The notes below the pieces were generated by a model. The model saw only the letters and a program-made list of their open reading frames with translations, made no database searches and was not told where the DNA came from. Made by a program: the position numbers and the translations under genes. This document shows, piece by piece, positions 50,436 to 60,617 of a stretch of DNA of 64,000 bases. The first letter of the stretch is position 1. Each line of letters opens with the position of its first letter. The DNA comes from Spirochaetia bacterium. GTDB taxonomy: Bacteria > Spirochaetota > Spirochaetia > DSM-27196 > Salinispiraceae. Location: contig JBBRCZ010000001.1 of assembly GCA_038204425.1 (NCBI GenBank), positions 480,001 to 544,000 on the forward strand, in the 5' to 3' direction.

Positions 50436-51187
50436 AATTGACCAAATTTTCCTTAGTGATTCAAACAACTGCTTTTATAGCATTGTTTGCGGTGTGGCAA
50501 CCTTTGCTTGGCGCACAGGAAGGCAATGCAAACAGCACCAGCACGGTACAATTGAGCTCGTCAACAACTGTCGCATCTCTTAGATCCAGAAATGAAGACG
50601 CGCTTATTGCCTACCGCAATCGTGATTTCCAGTCCGCTATCTCGATTACTCTCAAGGAAATTCAACAAAGTCCATCCAATCTAGACAGTTATGCAGTTCT
50701 TGGTTGGAGTCTTAACGCGCTTAAACGTTATGACGAAGCTATTCGTTACACTCAACAAGGGCGTGCTTATGGCTCTAACGACCAAAGATTAATTGGTATT
50801 ATGGCTGAAGCCCATTTTGCCTTGGGCAATGATGTAAATGCAATTGCCTTTTTCCAAACCTATATTGCAATTATTGGCCGTATCCCTGGTTATGATACAA
50901 GATACATTCGCGACGCTTACCGGGATTTAGCAGAAGTTTTTATCCGTAACGGCGAACTACATCACGCAGACATAGCCTTAAGTTCTTCAATTGCTTGGAA
51001 CCGCGGTAGCTCAGCGCTTGACCCAGTTAGACTGAGTAGGCTTTGGTCCAGACTTGGCTACGTTAGGGAACTACTCAAGGATCTTGTCCAAGCGCGAACC
51101 GCTTGGGAACAGGCTCGACGTCTGGATCCAGCGATGACAGAAGCCCAACAAGCACTAGTTAGGTTACAAGGCAGTACAAATCCCTAG
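50432..51187 (+). CDS. Exported TPR protein
   Basis: Signal peptide, TPR-like helices, ATGA overlap. Confidence 0.8.
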   Translation: MKLTKFSLVIQTTAFIALFAVWQPLLGAQEGNANSTSTVQLSSSTTVASLRSRNEDALIAYRNRDFQSAISITLKEIQQSPSNLDSYAVLGWSLNALKRYDEAIRYTQQGRAYGSNDQRLIGIMAEAHFALGNDVNAIAFFQTYIAIIGRIPGYDTRYIRDAYRDLAEVFIRNGELHHADIALSSSIAWNRGSSALDPVRLSRLWSRLGYVRELLKDLVQARTAWEQARRLDPAMTEAQQALVRLQGSTNP

Positions 51188-51287
51188 TTTTTTTTGTTCT
51201 AGAAATGGAATCTTTGCTCATTTAGTACTATGATGGTAGAACGATTGGTTCCAATAGATAATTTGGAAACAACACACGGAGGTATAC

Positions 51288-52844
51288 ATGAGTAAAATAC
51301 TTGGTCTATTAACGTTTCTTGTTTTAACAACAGGTCTCGTAAGTGCACAAGAAGACATCTTTAAGCCAGCAAACCCCATAACCATGGGTCGTGGTGGGGC
51401 CTTTACCGCTGACGGAGAAGGATACAATGCATTCTTTTATAATCCTGCCGGTTTTAATCGCAAATCGGAGTTCTCCTTCTCGGTTAATGGCTATGGGATA
51501 ATTGACAATAAGATTATTAAGATTATTTTTTCGACTATTGGCGGGGCTAACCCCTTGGCAGGAGGAGATTCGGGCAATCCGGCGGACGCCTTGGCCGGAC
51601 TGGGTATCACCATTGATGAAACTCAAATTACTGAGCTTGAGACATTCGTGACTGACGTTAACACTAATGCACCGAACGCCTTTGGAGATGCCCTTGTGAG
51701 TTTGGGCGCGAGCAATCCAGAACTTCAGGCTTTGCTTCCCAGCGATCCAAGCACACTTAGCAATGAACAAGCAATTGCACTTTTGATCCAAACCACCAGT
51801 GACCCTCAAGAACTGGGTACTTTGATCGACAGCTACATTGCTGCAGTTGCTGCTGCGTCGGGGGAAACACCCGGAGCTTCTCTTGCTAACATTGGAACAG
51901 ATCTCGTTGCATCCCTAGAAAACGCCTTCCCCTCTGGGAACATTAACGGTGGCGTTTCACTTGGTCTAGGTTATGTAGGCAACGGATTTGGTATCGGTCT
52001 TTTTGCTAATGCCGAGGTTGGTGTCTATACACCAGAAGGCAAAAGCATACTTTCGGCACAGGGCATTATAACCAATACTATTACTCTTGCCGGCGGTGCA
52101 GCGTTTGAACTTGCAAAGGGTTTGGACATTGGCTTTTTGATTAGACCAACCATCCTTGGATATACTAGTATTGACCCACTCGATATTCTACTTCCTCTGC
52201 TACAAGGTGGTGAAGTTTCAGCTGACTTAAACTCGCTATTAAATGGTGGGGTCTATCAAGGCTTTTATCTTGGCCTAGACGTAGGTGTATTGTGGGATGT
52301 CATAGACGGAGTTACACTCGGAGCAACGCTCAAGGATATTATTCCATACCAAGTAAGCTACACAAAGTTTGACACCATTGATGAATATCTCGCTAACTTT
52401 GGAAATGTTGGCAGTGGCCTAGCAGCTGGTATTGATTTGGCCAGTCTATATCAAGTTCCTCCACTTAAACTAAACGTAGGCATCATGTGGGCACCCCAGA
52501 TGGGTGATATCAACAAAATCATTAGTCCAAAATTTAACCTAGACCTTCTGGACCTGTTTGGCTTTATTCGTTATTTGGATGAAACTGGTACCCCGCCTTT
52601 GGCATTGGTTGGCAAGGACTATGACTTTCTCAATTTTGTTAACTTGGGTGCCGAGATTAAGTTCTTTGAAATACTTAGTGCTCGGGCTGGTTACTACAGC
52701 AAGTCCTTAACCTTGGGAATAGGTGCGCATCTCTTGTTCTTGGACATTAACGCAGCCTTTGCCTTTAAGAACCCTAAAGAAGTAAATGGTGAGTTCCAGT
52801 TTACTGATGTAGGCGGTAGTCTTGAAGTTGCAATTAGGTTCTAG
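51288..52844 (+). CDS. Outer-membrane beta-barrel protein (TraF/FadL-like N-terminus)
   Basis: Signal peptide, MGRGGAFTA...FFYNPAG, amphipathic strands, terminal Phe. Confidence 0.75.
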   Translation: MSKILGLLTFLVLTTGLVSAQEDIFKPANPITMGRGGAFTADGEGYNAFFYNPAGFNRKSEFSFSVNGYGIIDNKIIKIIFSTIGGANPLAGGDSGNPADALAGLGITIDETQITELETFVTDVNTNAPNAFGDALVSLGASNPELQALLPSDPSTLSNEQAIALLIQTTSDPQELGTLIDSYIAAVAAASGETPGASLANIGTDLVASLENAFPSGNINGGVSLGLGYVGNGFGIGLFANAEVGVYTPEGKSILSAQGIITNTITLAGGAAFELAKGLDIGFLIRPTILGYTSIDPLDILLPLLQGGEVSADLNSLLNGGVYQGFYLGLDVGVLWDVIDGVTLGATLKDIIPYQVSYTKFDTIDEYLANFGNVGSGLAAGIDLASLYQVPPLKLNVGIMWAPQMGDINKIISPKFNLDLLDLFGFIRYLDETGTPPLALVGKDYDFLNFVNLGAEIKFFEILSARAGYYSKSLTLGIGAHLLFLDINAAFAFKNPKEVNGEFQFTDVGGSLEVAIRF

Positions 52845-52874
52845 TCTTTCAACGATTAGTTTACTTTCTTGATC

Positions 52875-52911
52875 AAAAAAAAGCTGTCCAGTATACTGGG
52901 CAGCTTTTTTT
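52875..52911. terminator. Bidirectional rho-independent terminator
   Basis: A8-GCTGTCCAG-TATA-CTGGGCAGC-T7 between convergent genes. Confidence 0.85.
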
Positions 52912-53890
52912 ATGGTACTGACTTGCCACGGATGGCTGTAAAGAGCTTGTACCAATCTTCTCGGCTGATAGCAACTGAACTTGCCTGGCTAGAAAGTTCT
53001 ATTCGTTCTAGCTGAGTGCTTCCAATTACTGGCAAAATTTTTGCTGGGTGCTTCATCAGCCAAGCCAGAACAATCGCTTCTTTACTCGTTTCATAAACAA
53101 GTGCCATTTCAGCAACTACGGCAGCGCATCTATCCAATTGAGGGTCTTGACCACTGAGTTGCCTGCCGCTGAGTCTACCTTGGGCAAGCGCCCCCCAAGC
53201 TTGCAGACTTATGCCGTGCAGCTGACAGTAGTTGATTGTATCATTGATGCAAGCGAGTGGACGGGAGCTAGGCTGATTTACGAGTATTCCACCTTCGACA
53301 AAATCGTGATGAACCAAGCTTAGTTCCAGTTGATTGCTAACAAGTTTCTGTCCAAGTGCGCTTTGCAAGAGTTGAATCTGAGAGGCAGAAAAGTTGCTCA
53401 CGCCAAAATATCTCACTAAACCATGCCTAGAAAGGCTATCCAAGACTTCTGCGAGCTCAAAAATATCCATCAGTGGATCCGGCCTGTGCAACAATAAAAT
53501 GTCTAGGTACTGACACTGCAGCCGCCCGAGGCTTCCCAATACCGAAGCCTCAATGTGCTCTCTAGAAAAATCGTAGCGGCCAACCCCAACACTTTCTGCT
53601 GATCCAGCTTGGCGAATACCACACTTACTTTGAATCACTAGGTCTTTTCTCAAGCTCCAGTTTTTGGCCAAAAAATTTCCAAATAGCTGTTCTGGCCGAC
53701 CACCGGCATAGATGTCTGCGTGGTCAAAAAAGCTAAACCCGCATTCTAATGCTTTTAGAATAACTAACTCGGCCTTTTGAGTTTGTTGCTCAAAGCTTGC
53801 TTGACTATGCCATGCTCCGGCCAGTCCCATACAGCCAAAAATTAGCCTGGAAACACTAAGATCTGTATTTGGTAAACTTAAATACTCCAT
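52910..53890 (-). CDS. Aldo/keto reductase (YdhF-like)
   Basis: FDHADIY, IQSKCGI, LLLHRPDPL, GVSNF. Confidence 0.92.
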   Translation of the reverse strand: MEYLSLPNTDLSVSRLIFGCMGLAGAWHSQASFEQQTQKAELVILKALECGFSFFDHADIYAGGRPEQLFGNFLAKNWSLRKDLVIQSKCGIRQAGSAESVGVGRYDFSREHIEASVLGSLGRLQCQYLDILLLHRPDPLMDIFELAEVLDSLSRHGLVRYFGVSNFSASQIQLLQSALGQKLVSNQLELSLVHHDFVEGGILVNQPSSRPLACINDTINYCQLHGISLQAWGALAQGRLSGRQLSGQDPQLDRCAAVVAEMALVYETSKEAIVLAWLMKHPAKILPVIGSTQLERIELSSQASSVAISREDWYKLFTAIRGKSVP

Positions 53891-53907
53891 CTTGATCCTT
53901 TTGGCAC

Positions 53908-55260
53908 TTACAAAATATTTTTGTGGAGAGCCTCAATAGCAGCGTTTAAGGCTGATTGGGCAACTACCAACGACAAGTTGATGTCGCTGGCGCCCATGGT
54001 TATCAGTCTTACTGGGATTGCTTGCAAAGCACTAAAAACTTTTAGCAGGAAATCGTTACTTGAGTATAGATTGCGGCCAACAACCGAAACTATCGCAAGC
54101 TCAGATTCTATGCTTAGTTCAGAGAATTTTTCCAAATCATGTTTTAACGACTTAATGTGCTGTAGATTGTCTACCGTTACTGAAACACAAACCTCGCTAG
54201 TGGCAATCAAGTCAACGCTTACTTTGTACTTTTCAAAGACCGAAAAGATGGAATCCAAAAACCCCGAGGCATTTAGCATACGTGTTGATCTAACGGTAAT
54301 TAAGGTAATGTTCTTCTTGCCAGCAATGGCGAGCGGACCTTGTCTTTGACTATCTTGATCCTTATCCGAAGAAATGCAGGTTCCACTAAGCTGCGGTCGG
54401 TGCGTGTTCTTAACCCAGACCGGAATGCCAAGCTCAACCGCTGGAACAATGGTAGACGGGTGAATAACCTTGGCCCCAAAAAAAGCGAGTTCAGCGGCTT
54501 CGCCATAGCTGATTTCCGGCAAGACTCTTGCATGAGAAATTATCCTTGGGTCAGTAGTCATTATTCCGTCAACATCAGTCCAAATTTCTACTGATTCTGC
54601 CGCAAGAGCAGCTCCAATAATTGTTGCAGAATAGTCACTGCCACCTCGACCCAAAGTAGTCGTTACTCCATGCTCAGTACTGCCCAAGAAGCCTTGAGTT
54701 ATAATAAGGTGTCCCGGTTTGGAAACGACTTTTTGGCGAATTAAGGGATAGCTGAGGTCTTTTTTGAGTTGGGCGCAACCAAACTGATCATCGGTTTTTA
54801 TAAACTCGCGGGCATCCAAAAGACTGACGGAAATACCTTTTGCCCTAGCTCGGTAGTAGAGAAGCAAAGTTGATAGACGCTCGCCCAACGACAATAGCAT
54901 ATCATAACTTCTGGCACTCACTTCTCTAATTAGACACAATCCTTTGACCATGGCGCTTAGGTCCGTCGTGAGTTTTCTTAGTGCAGAAGTACAGTCCCCA
55001 AGCAGCTGATCATGCTTGTCTAACAGCTCTCTCGCGACTTTGAGGTGAGATTCTTCTATGCCTAACAAAAGGTCTTGCGCTTCTGCAAGGTTTCCCGCAT
55101 TGGCATACTTACTAACCGAGACCAGTTTGTCGGTGACGGTGGTCATCGCGCTAGAAACCAAGACTGGAGATTTTGACAATACCGACTGAGCAATGTTGAG
55201 GGTTTTTTCAATCATGTCGGCATTGCCAACACTCGTCCCACCAAATTTTAAGACTAACAT
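53908..55260 (-). CDS. lysC: Aspartate kinase
   Basis: VLKFGGTSV, TLGRGGSDYS, WTDVDG, two ACT domains. Confidence 0.93.
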   Translation of the reverse strand: MLVLKFGGTSVGNADMIEKTLNIAQSVLSKSPVLVSSAMTTVTDKLVSVSKYANAGNLAEAQDLLLGIEESHLKVARELLDKHDQLLGDCTSALRKLTTDLSAMVKGLCLIREVSARSYDMLLSLGERLSTLLLYYRARAKGISVSLLDAREFIKTDDQFGCAQLKKDLSYPLIRQKVVSKPGHLIITQGFLGSTEHGVTTTLGRGGSDYSATIIGAALAAESVEIWTDVDGIMTTDPRIISHARVLPEISYGEAAELAFFGAKVIHPSTIVPAVELGIPVWVKNTHRPQLSGTCISSDKDQDSQRQGPLAIAGKKNITLITVRSTRMLNASGFLDSIFSVFEKYKVSVDLIATSEVCVSVTVDNLQHIKSLKHDLEKFSELSIESELAIVSVVGRNLYSSNDFLLKVFSALQAIPVRLITMGASDINLSLVVAQSALNAAIEALHKNIL

Positions 55261-55353
55261 AGCAGCAATACTTATACCATGTTTGCATGATCGTCAATTA
55301 CCATGGCTTTTGGAATGGTTGCAAACCGACTTGTCTGTCTTTATACTGTCGAC

Positions 55354-56166
55354 ATGAATAAAGCTTTTGCTCAATCAGTCACCAAAGCAGTTTCATGCAT
55401 CCGCAAGCATACTGATTGTGTGCCACAAGTTGGCTTGATTCTGGGCTCAGGAATGTCTCATGTTGCTCAAGCATTGGGTGGAACCGAGATATCATTTTCC
55501 AAGATCAAAGGATTCCCAAACACCAGTGTAGTTGGTCATCAAGCAGCTTTGGTCATTAGTCAAGAATGCGCTATTATGGCGGGTAGATTTCATTACTATG
55601 AGGGGCATCAGCTTGAGACCGTTGTAAAACCCGTTGCCGTTTTAGCGAGTCTGGGCGTTAAAACTTTAGTAATAACCAACGCTGCTGGTGGCATAAGGGC
55701 TGATTTACAACCAGGCGACCTTGCCTTGATTGAGGATCACATCAATTTACAAGGGAACAACCCGTTTATTGGACCCCATGATCCACAATGGGGGCCGCGT
55801 TTTCCCGATATGTCAGAGGTCTATAGCTCTCGACTTCGCAAGCTCTGCGTCAAGCTCGATCCTAAGCTCAAATCAGGCATCTATGCCGCCTTAAGTGGAC
55901 CAAGTTATGAAACGCCAGCTGAAATTCGCATGTTAAAAACAATGGGGGCTGACTTAGTGGGCATGTCAACAGTTCCTGAAGCATTGTTCGCCAAGTCGCT
56001 CGGCTTAGAAGTAATCGGAATATCCCTTGTGACTAATGCTGCGGCTGGTTTAAGTGACAAAACACTAAACCATGACGAAGTGATTCAAGTAGGAAAAACT
56101 GCCGAAGCCCGGCTTATAGTCCTGATTGCATCCTTAATTAGAGCTTTAAATAGTCGAGCACTTTAG
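55354..56166 (+). CDS. Purine-nucleoside phosphorylase (trimeric type)
   Basis: ILGSG, GRFHYYEG, GPSYETPAE, VGMSTVPE. Confidence 0.93.
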   Translation: MNKAFAQSVTKAVSCIRKHTDCVPQVGLILGSGMSHVAQALGGTEISFSKIKGFPNTSVVGHQAALVISQECAIMAGRFHYYEGHQLETVVKPVAVLASLGVKTLVITNAAGGIRADLQPGDLALIEDHINLQGNNPFIGPHDPQWGPRFPDMSEVYSSRLRKLCVKLDPKLKSGIYAALSGPSYETPAEIRMLKTMGADLVGMSTVPEALFAKSLGLEVIGISLVTNAAAGLSDKTLNHDEVIQVGKTAEARLIVLIASLIRALNSRAL

Positions 56167-58827
56167 ATGCCCAAAAATTTCCCCAAAAAGAAGGCCGATG
56201 TTTTTGAAGGCGTCCAACTAAGCACCAGAGTGGCATCAGAGGCTGTCGAAAGAATGCGAGAGATTCTCAAAGATCATCAAGGACACGAAGTGCTTTTTGT
56301 TTGTGAGCTTGATACGGATGGCAAAGTCAAGTCGGTCATTGACCTTGCTCATGGAAGTCCAGGTATGGTACCGGTACCTCGCAAACAAGTCAGTTGCGGA
56401 CAAGTAATTATCCACAACCATCCTTCTGGCTCGATCAGACCTTCCGATGCCGATGTCCGACTTTCTGCCCAGCTTGCCGATGAAGGAATTGGAAGCTGGG
56501 TTGTGGATAGTGATTTAAAAAGACTGTGTGTAATTGTGGAAGCCTATCGAGACAGTACGGTACTCTTAGACGAGGACAAGCTCGCAGCAATGATTGACTC
56601 AGGTGGCGCCTTATCTCGTCTGGAGCAGCATTTTGAACCCCGGTCTGGGCAAATATCCATGTTACGTACGGTGGTTAAAGCATTTAACCAAGAAACCCTT
56701 GCCATTATCGAGGCGGGTACTGGTATTGGAAAAACGTTTGCTTATCTTTTACCTGCCGCCTCTTGGGCTTTGCAAAACAATGAGCGCATTGTCATTAGCA
56801 CTGCCACCATAAACCTCCAGCAACAAATAATTGATAAGGACATTCCCTTGATTTCAAAGGTCCTAGGTAGCGAGATTAAAGCAGTCTTGGCTAAGGGTCG
56901 AGGAAACTATCTTTGCAAAAAACGATTGCATGAGGCGATTGATGAAGAAGGTCTTCTGCTTGATCCCCAAGACGAACTTAGTCACATTGCCCAATGGGCT
57001 ACAACTAGCAAAGACGGTTCCAAAAGCGATTTTGCTCAACTACCAAGCGAAGGTGTTTGGAATAGAATAAACGCTGATGCTGACAACTGTAGTGGCCTAT
57101 TGTGTACCTACAGAGACGAGTGCTTCTTTTTTAAGGCTCGTCGCGAGGCAGCTAGTGCCAACATTGTAGTCGCCAATCATCATCTTCTATTTGCCGATGC
57201 TGCGATGAGGGCGCAAGGATTAGGTTTTGATGGCACGGTAGTCTTACCTTCTTTTCAAAGACTCGTCCTAGACGAAGCCCACAATATTGAACAAGGAGCC
57301 ACCAACTTTTTTGCGCTAACGCTCAACAAGTGGATGGTGCTAAAATATTCAAATTTAATTCTTAGGCGCAGACGTGGCAGGAACTTTGGTATTCTCGCCC
57401 AACTTAATGCTTCCTTACCACAAGACAGCGTCAAAACACTTAACCTAGACCAGATAGAAATGCAACTTTTGGCATGCAAAGAAGCTACGTTTTCCTTTGA
57501 CCAAGAAGCTATCGATATTCTTGGCGGGCAGAATACGATTCGCATAAACCTGCAAACTCAAGCACTTCTGGGCAAGTTTATGGTCACAGTTACTCACCTC
57601 AACAACAAGTTGCTCCAACTGGTTGAAATACTACAAAATTTGCTTACAGAGATTGAGGACCTGCAACTTAGTGGCGAATTGCCAGGTTTCATAGATCTTC
57701 AAACTATGATCCGTCGCATCTCAAGCCTTTGCAAAACCTGTCAGACTTTTAGCAGTTTTGAAACACAAAATGACAAGGTTTTGTGGATCGAACGAGAGCG
57801 CCTTTCATCAGGGGAAAATTTCGCTCACTTGATAGCCTGCCCTCTCGACATCGCTCCACGACTTCGCGAGGCATTGTTTAAACCCTACGCAAGCATAGTG
57901 CTCACCAGCGCCACCTTAACAACGAACAATCGTTTTGATTGGTGGGCGCAACGACTTGGCCTAAGAGAAGCAAAAACCATCGCTGGTCCGACTCTTCAAG
58001 CGCCGCCCGATGAATGGTCAGGCTACGATAGTTCTTGGTACGGTTTTGACCAACAAAGCCAGTGGAAGGAAGAAAAGAAGGCAACAGTTAGTGATCCCCA
58101 CGCACTAGAAAGCTTACAACTGCCATACATCGACAGGTCAGCCTTTCGCATCAGGGTTCAATCACCCTTCGACTACCTAAATCGAGTGCTATTGGCGATA
58201 CCGGACGATGCCCCCGACCCTGCTTCCGAAAATTATCAAAACTATCTAAGTAGCTTTATCGTTAAGGGTCTACGCATCTCTGGTGGACACGCCTTAGTTT
58301 TGTTCACCTCATATGACATGCTGAGTAAAACTTGGGAGCAAGTAAAAAAGCAACTAGAAGGAAGTAATGTAACTCTGTTTAAACAGGGTGATATGGAACG
58401 ATCCCGCCTGCTCAGTCAGTTTACTCTTGATATCAGCAGTTGTTTGTTTGCAACCGAAAGCTTTTGGGAGGGGGTCGACAGTCCGGGGCAAACACTGCAA
58501 GTGGTGATACTATGCCGTCTGCCTTTTAAAGTCCCAAGTGAACCGCTTCAGATAGCTCGTAGTGAAACAATTGCTGCCAATGGCGGAAACCCATTTACTG
58601 AGCTTTCGGTCCCTGAAGCGGTTATGAAGTTTCGTCAGGGTTTTGGGCGCCTTATGCGTCGCACAGAAGACTTTGGAATAGTCTTGGTGCCAGACCGGCG
58701 CATAGTGAGCAAATCATATGGAAAGACTTTTCTTAATAGTCTGCCACCTTGCGGCAAGATAGTTGCCTCAACTGATGTAATTTTTGAAGAAATGCAGCGA
58801 TTTCTTACCAGAATGCGTACGACATAA
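56167..58827 (+). CDS. DinG/YoaA-family helicase with an N-terminal JAB/RadC-like domain
   Basis: HNHPSG..PSDAD at the N-terminus; EAGTGIGKT, Fe-S cysteines, DEAH, SAT, QGFGRLMR. Confidence 0.92.
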   Translation: MPKNFPKKKADVFEGVQLSTRVASEAVERMREILKDHQGHEVLFVCELDTDGKVKSVIDLAHGSPGMVPVPRKQVSCGQVIIHNHPSGSIRPSDADVRLSAQLADEGIGSWVVDSDLKRLCVIVEAYRDSTVLLDEDKLAAMIDSGGALSRLEQHFEPRSGQISMLRTVVKAFNQETLAIIEAGTGIGKTFAYLLPAASWALQNNERIVISTATINLQQQIIDKDIPLISKVLGSEIKAVLAKGRGNYLCKKRLHEAIDEEGLLLDPQDELSHIAQWATTSKDGSKSDFAQLPSEGVWNRINADADNCSGLLCTYRDECFFFKARREAASANIVVANHHLLFADAAMRAQGLGFDGTVVLPSFQRLVLDEAHNIEQGATNFFALTLNKWMVLKYSNLILRRRRGRNFGILAQLNASLPQDSVKTLNLDQIEMQLLACKEATFSFDQEAIDILGGQNTIRINLQTQALLGKFMVTVTHLNNKLLQLVEILQNLLTEIEDLQLSGELPGFIDLQTMIRRISSLCKTCQTFSSFETQNDKVLWIERERLSSGENFAHLIACPLDIAPRLREALFKPYASIVLTSATLTTNNRFDWWAQRLGLREAKTIAGPTLQAPPDEWSGYDSSWYGFDQQSQWKEEKKATVSDPHALESLQLPYIDRSAFRIRVQSPFDYLNRVLLAIPDDAPDPASENYQNYLSSFIVKGLRISGGHALVLFTSYDMLSKTWEQVKKQLEGSNVTLFKQGDMERSRLLSQFTLDISSCLFATESFWEGVDSPGQTLQVVILCRLPFKVPSEPLQIARSETIAANGGNPFTELSVPEAVMKFRQGFGRLMRRTEDFGIVLVPDRRIVSKSYGKTFLNSLPPCGKIVASTDVIFEEMQRFLTRMRTT

Positions 58828-58861
58828 AAAAAGCTACCCTAGAATCACTTCTATGGTAGCT
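58826..58861 (-). terminator. Rho-independent terminator (groES side)
   Basis: AGCTACC-C-TAGAA-TCAC-TTCTA-T-GGTAGCT with an A-tract on the left. Confidence 0.65.
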
Positions 58862-58900
58862 ACGCGCCACAACACCTTCTTAGGACTGATGACCAAAGAA

Positions 58901-59164
58901 TTATTGGATGATGGCAATCAATTCAGAAAAACGAACAACCAGATGTTCATCGGCTTCTATTTTAACAGCAGTGCCCACGTACTTGTCATACATAACACGA
59001 TCGCCAGCTTTTACTTTGATAGTTTCGTCATCGCCAATTGCGACGACGGTTGCTACCTGTGTCTTTTCTTGGGCATTTTGTGGAATAAAAAGTCCACCCT
59101 TTGTCTTTTCTTCGGCGGCCTCGACTTTTATCAAGACTCGATCGCCAAGTGGCTGAAGTTTCAT
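58901..59164 (-). CDS. groES: Co-chaperonin GroES (no adjacent groEL)
   Basis: MKLQPLGDRVLIK...KTKGGLFIP; upstream TTGACC-N17-TATATT promoter. Confidence 0.95.
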   Translation of the reverse strand: MKLQPLGDRVLIKVEAAEEKTKGGLFIPQNAQEKTQVATVVAIGDDETIKVKAGDRVMYDKYVGTAVKIEADEHLVVRFSELIAIIQ

Positions 59165-59294
59165 GAAAACCTCCTTATTTAGAGTTTGTCAAAAATAGGT
59201 ATTTATTAACTTGTTTAATATATGGACAAGATCGACCAAGGTCAAGGAAAATCGTAAGCCATTTCGCCTGCAAGCAAAGCAATATTGATTAAAA

Positions 59295-59392
59295 TGGGTC
59301 ATAATGACGCGGCTTACTTAGCGCCAGCATTGGTTGCGACATTCTGACCCACATAGCTCGATCTTAAACATCAATTCTACTTTTCTGACCCA
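59295..59392. promoter_or_regulatory. Three phased candidate enhancer-binding-protein sites
   Basis: TGGGTCATAATGACGCG (59295), TGCGACATTCTGACCCA (59335), TCTACTTTTCTGACCCA (59376); spacing 40 and 41 bp. Confidence 0.6.
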
Positions 59393-59562
59393 TTTTGTGA
59401 AAATTTCTTAACTCAGAACTGATTTTTTTTAACTATTCTGTTCAAAACCGCTTGATTTCAACTTGTCAGAAAACACTCATTTCTTTTTATTTTTCACCCT
59501 TTTCATTATATCAAAAGGAATTAATTGATCCCCCAAGTTTAATTTGGATACAGAAAATTTTC

Positions 59563-59580
59563 TTGGCACGAGTATTGCAT
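59563..59580 (+). promoter_or_regulatory. Sigma54 -24/-12 promoter
   Basis: TTGGCAC-GAGTA-TTGCAT, an exact match to TGGCAC-N5-TTGCW. Confidence 0.85.
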
Positions 59581-59600
59581 TATAGCAAGTGGAGGATTTC

Positions 59601-60479
59601 ATGAGCACTTATCAAAAACCCATTTCACAGTACAGAAACGACACGGTTGATTCAGAGAATGTTATTTCAATGTATCTAAAAGAAATTAATAGAATACCGC
59701 TTCTCACCCGACAGGAAGAAGACACCTGCGCAAGAGCAGCAGCCAAGGGCGATCAAAATGCAAAACACAAGCTTGTTCAGTCTAATTTACGCTTTGTTGT
59801 AAATGTAGCAAAAAAATACCAAAACCAAGGTCTTCCACTTTCTGATTTAATTAGTGAAGGAAATATTGGACTAATGAATGCCATCGACCGCTATGATGTC
59901 GACAAGGGCTACCACTTTATTTCCTATGCGGTCTGGTGGATACGGCAGTCAATCCTCAAAGCAGTATGTGAAAAGTCACGTATGATTCGCTTGCCACTCA
60001 ACCGAGCTAATGAGTTGGTCCAGATAGAAAAAGCACGGAAGGCCATCTATGGAACAAGAAATGACAACGCAGAGCTTGAGCAGATTGCACAGCTGCTCAA
60101 CATGGACAAAGATCATGTTTCTGACCTAATCAACATCAGCCGAGATCACATTTCTTTGGACACGCCAGTATATACCGACAGAGACTCTAGTTTCCTTGGT
60201 GACTTTATAGAAGATATTGATCGCATTAGTCCGGAAGAAGAACTTATCAACCAAGGTCTTCGCAACGACATCAATGAAATACTGGATACGCTCTCCCAAA
60301 AAGAGTCAGAAATCTTACAATCTAGGTTTGGACTCAATGGACGCAAGGCGATGTCGTTGAAAGAAATTGGGGACCAATACTCACTTACCAAGGAACGCAT
60401 ACGTCAGATTGAGAAGAAGGCCATAAAGCGCTTGCAGCATCCACAGCGGGCAAGAATTCTTGAATCTTACATTGCGTGA
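59601..60479 (+). CDS. Alternative sigma70 factor (RpoD/RpoS-like, no region 1.1)
   Basis: YLKEI, NLRFVV, LISEGNIGL, SYAVWWIRQ, TKERIRQIE. GGAGG RBS before ATG 59601. Confidence 0.93.
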   Translation: MSTYQKPISQYRNDTVDSENVISMYLKEINRIPLLTRQEEDTCARAAAKGDQNAKHKLVQSNLRFVVNVAKKYQNQGLPLSDLISEGNIGLMNAIDRYDVDKGYHFISYAVWWIRQSILKAVCEKSRMIRLPLNRANELVQIEKARKAIYGTRNDNAELEQIAQLLNMDKDHVSDLINISRDHISLDTPVYTDRDSSFLGDFIEDIDRISPEEELINQGLRNDINEILDTLSQKESEILQSRFGLNGRKAMSLKEIGDQYSLTKERIRQIEKKAIKRLQHPQRARILESYIA

Positions 60480-60509
60480 TTGACATTTTTACCCCTCATC
60501 TGTTATATT
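60480..60509 (+). promoter_or_regulatory. Sigma70 promoter of the tRNA cluster
   Basis: TTGACA-N18-TATATT with an extended -10 TG. Confidence 0.65.
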
Positions 60510-60524
60510 CAGGCCCACAAAAGT

Positions 60525-60597
60525 GGGCTGCTAGCTCAGCTGGTAGAGCATTGCCCTTTTAAGGCACGGGTCACTGGTTCGAATCCAGTGCAGCTCA
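60525..60597 (+). tRNA. tRNA-Lys(TTT)
   Basis: GGGCTGC/GCAGCTC acceptor stem, AGCTCAGCTGGTAGAGC D arm, CTTTTAA loop, GGTTCGAATCC. Confidence 0.95.
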
Positions 60598-60617
60598 ATA
60601 ACCTTTTTTAGGTTCAC

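Noticed and set aside
58901..59164. groES without groEL as a novelty
   Set aside because: Separation of groES and groEL is known in spirochaetes, and no CIRCE element was seen.
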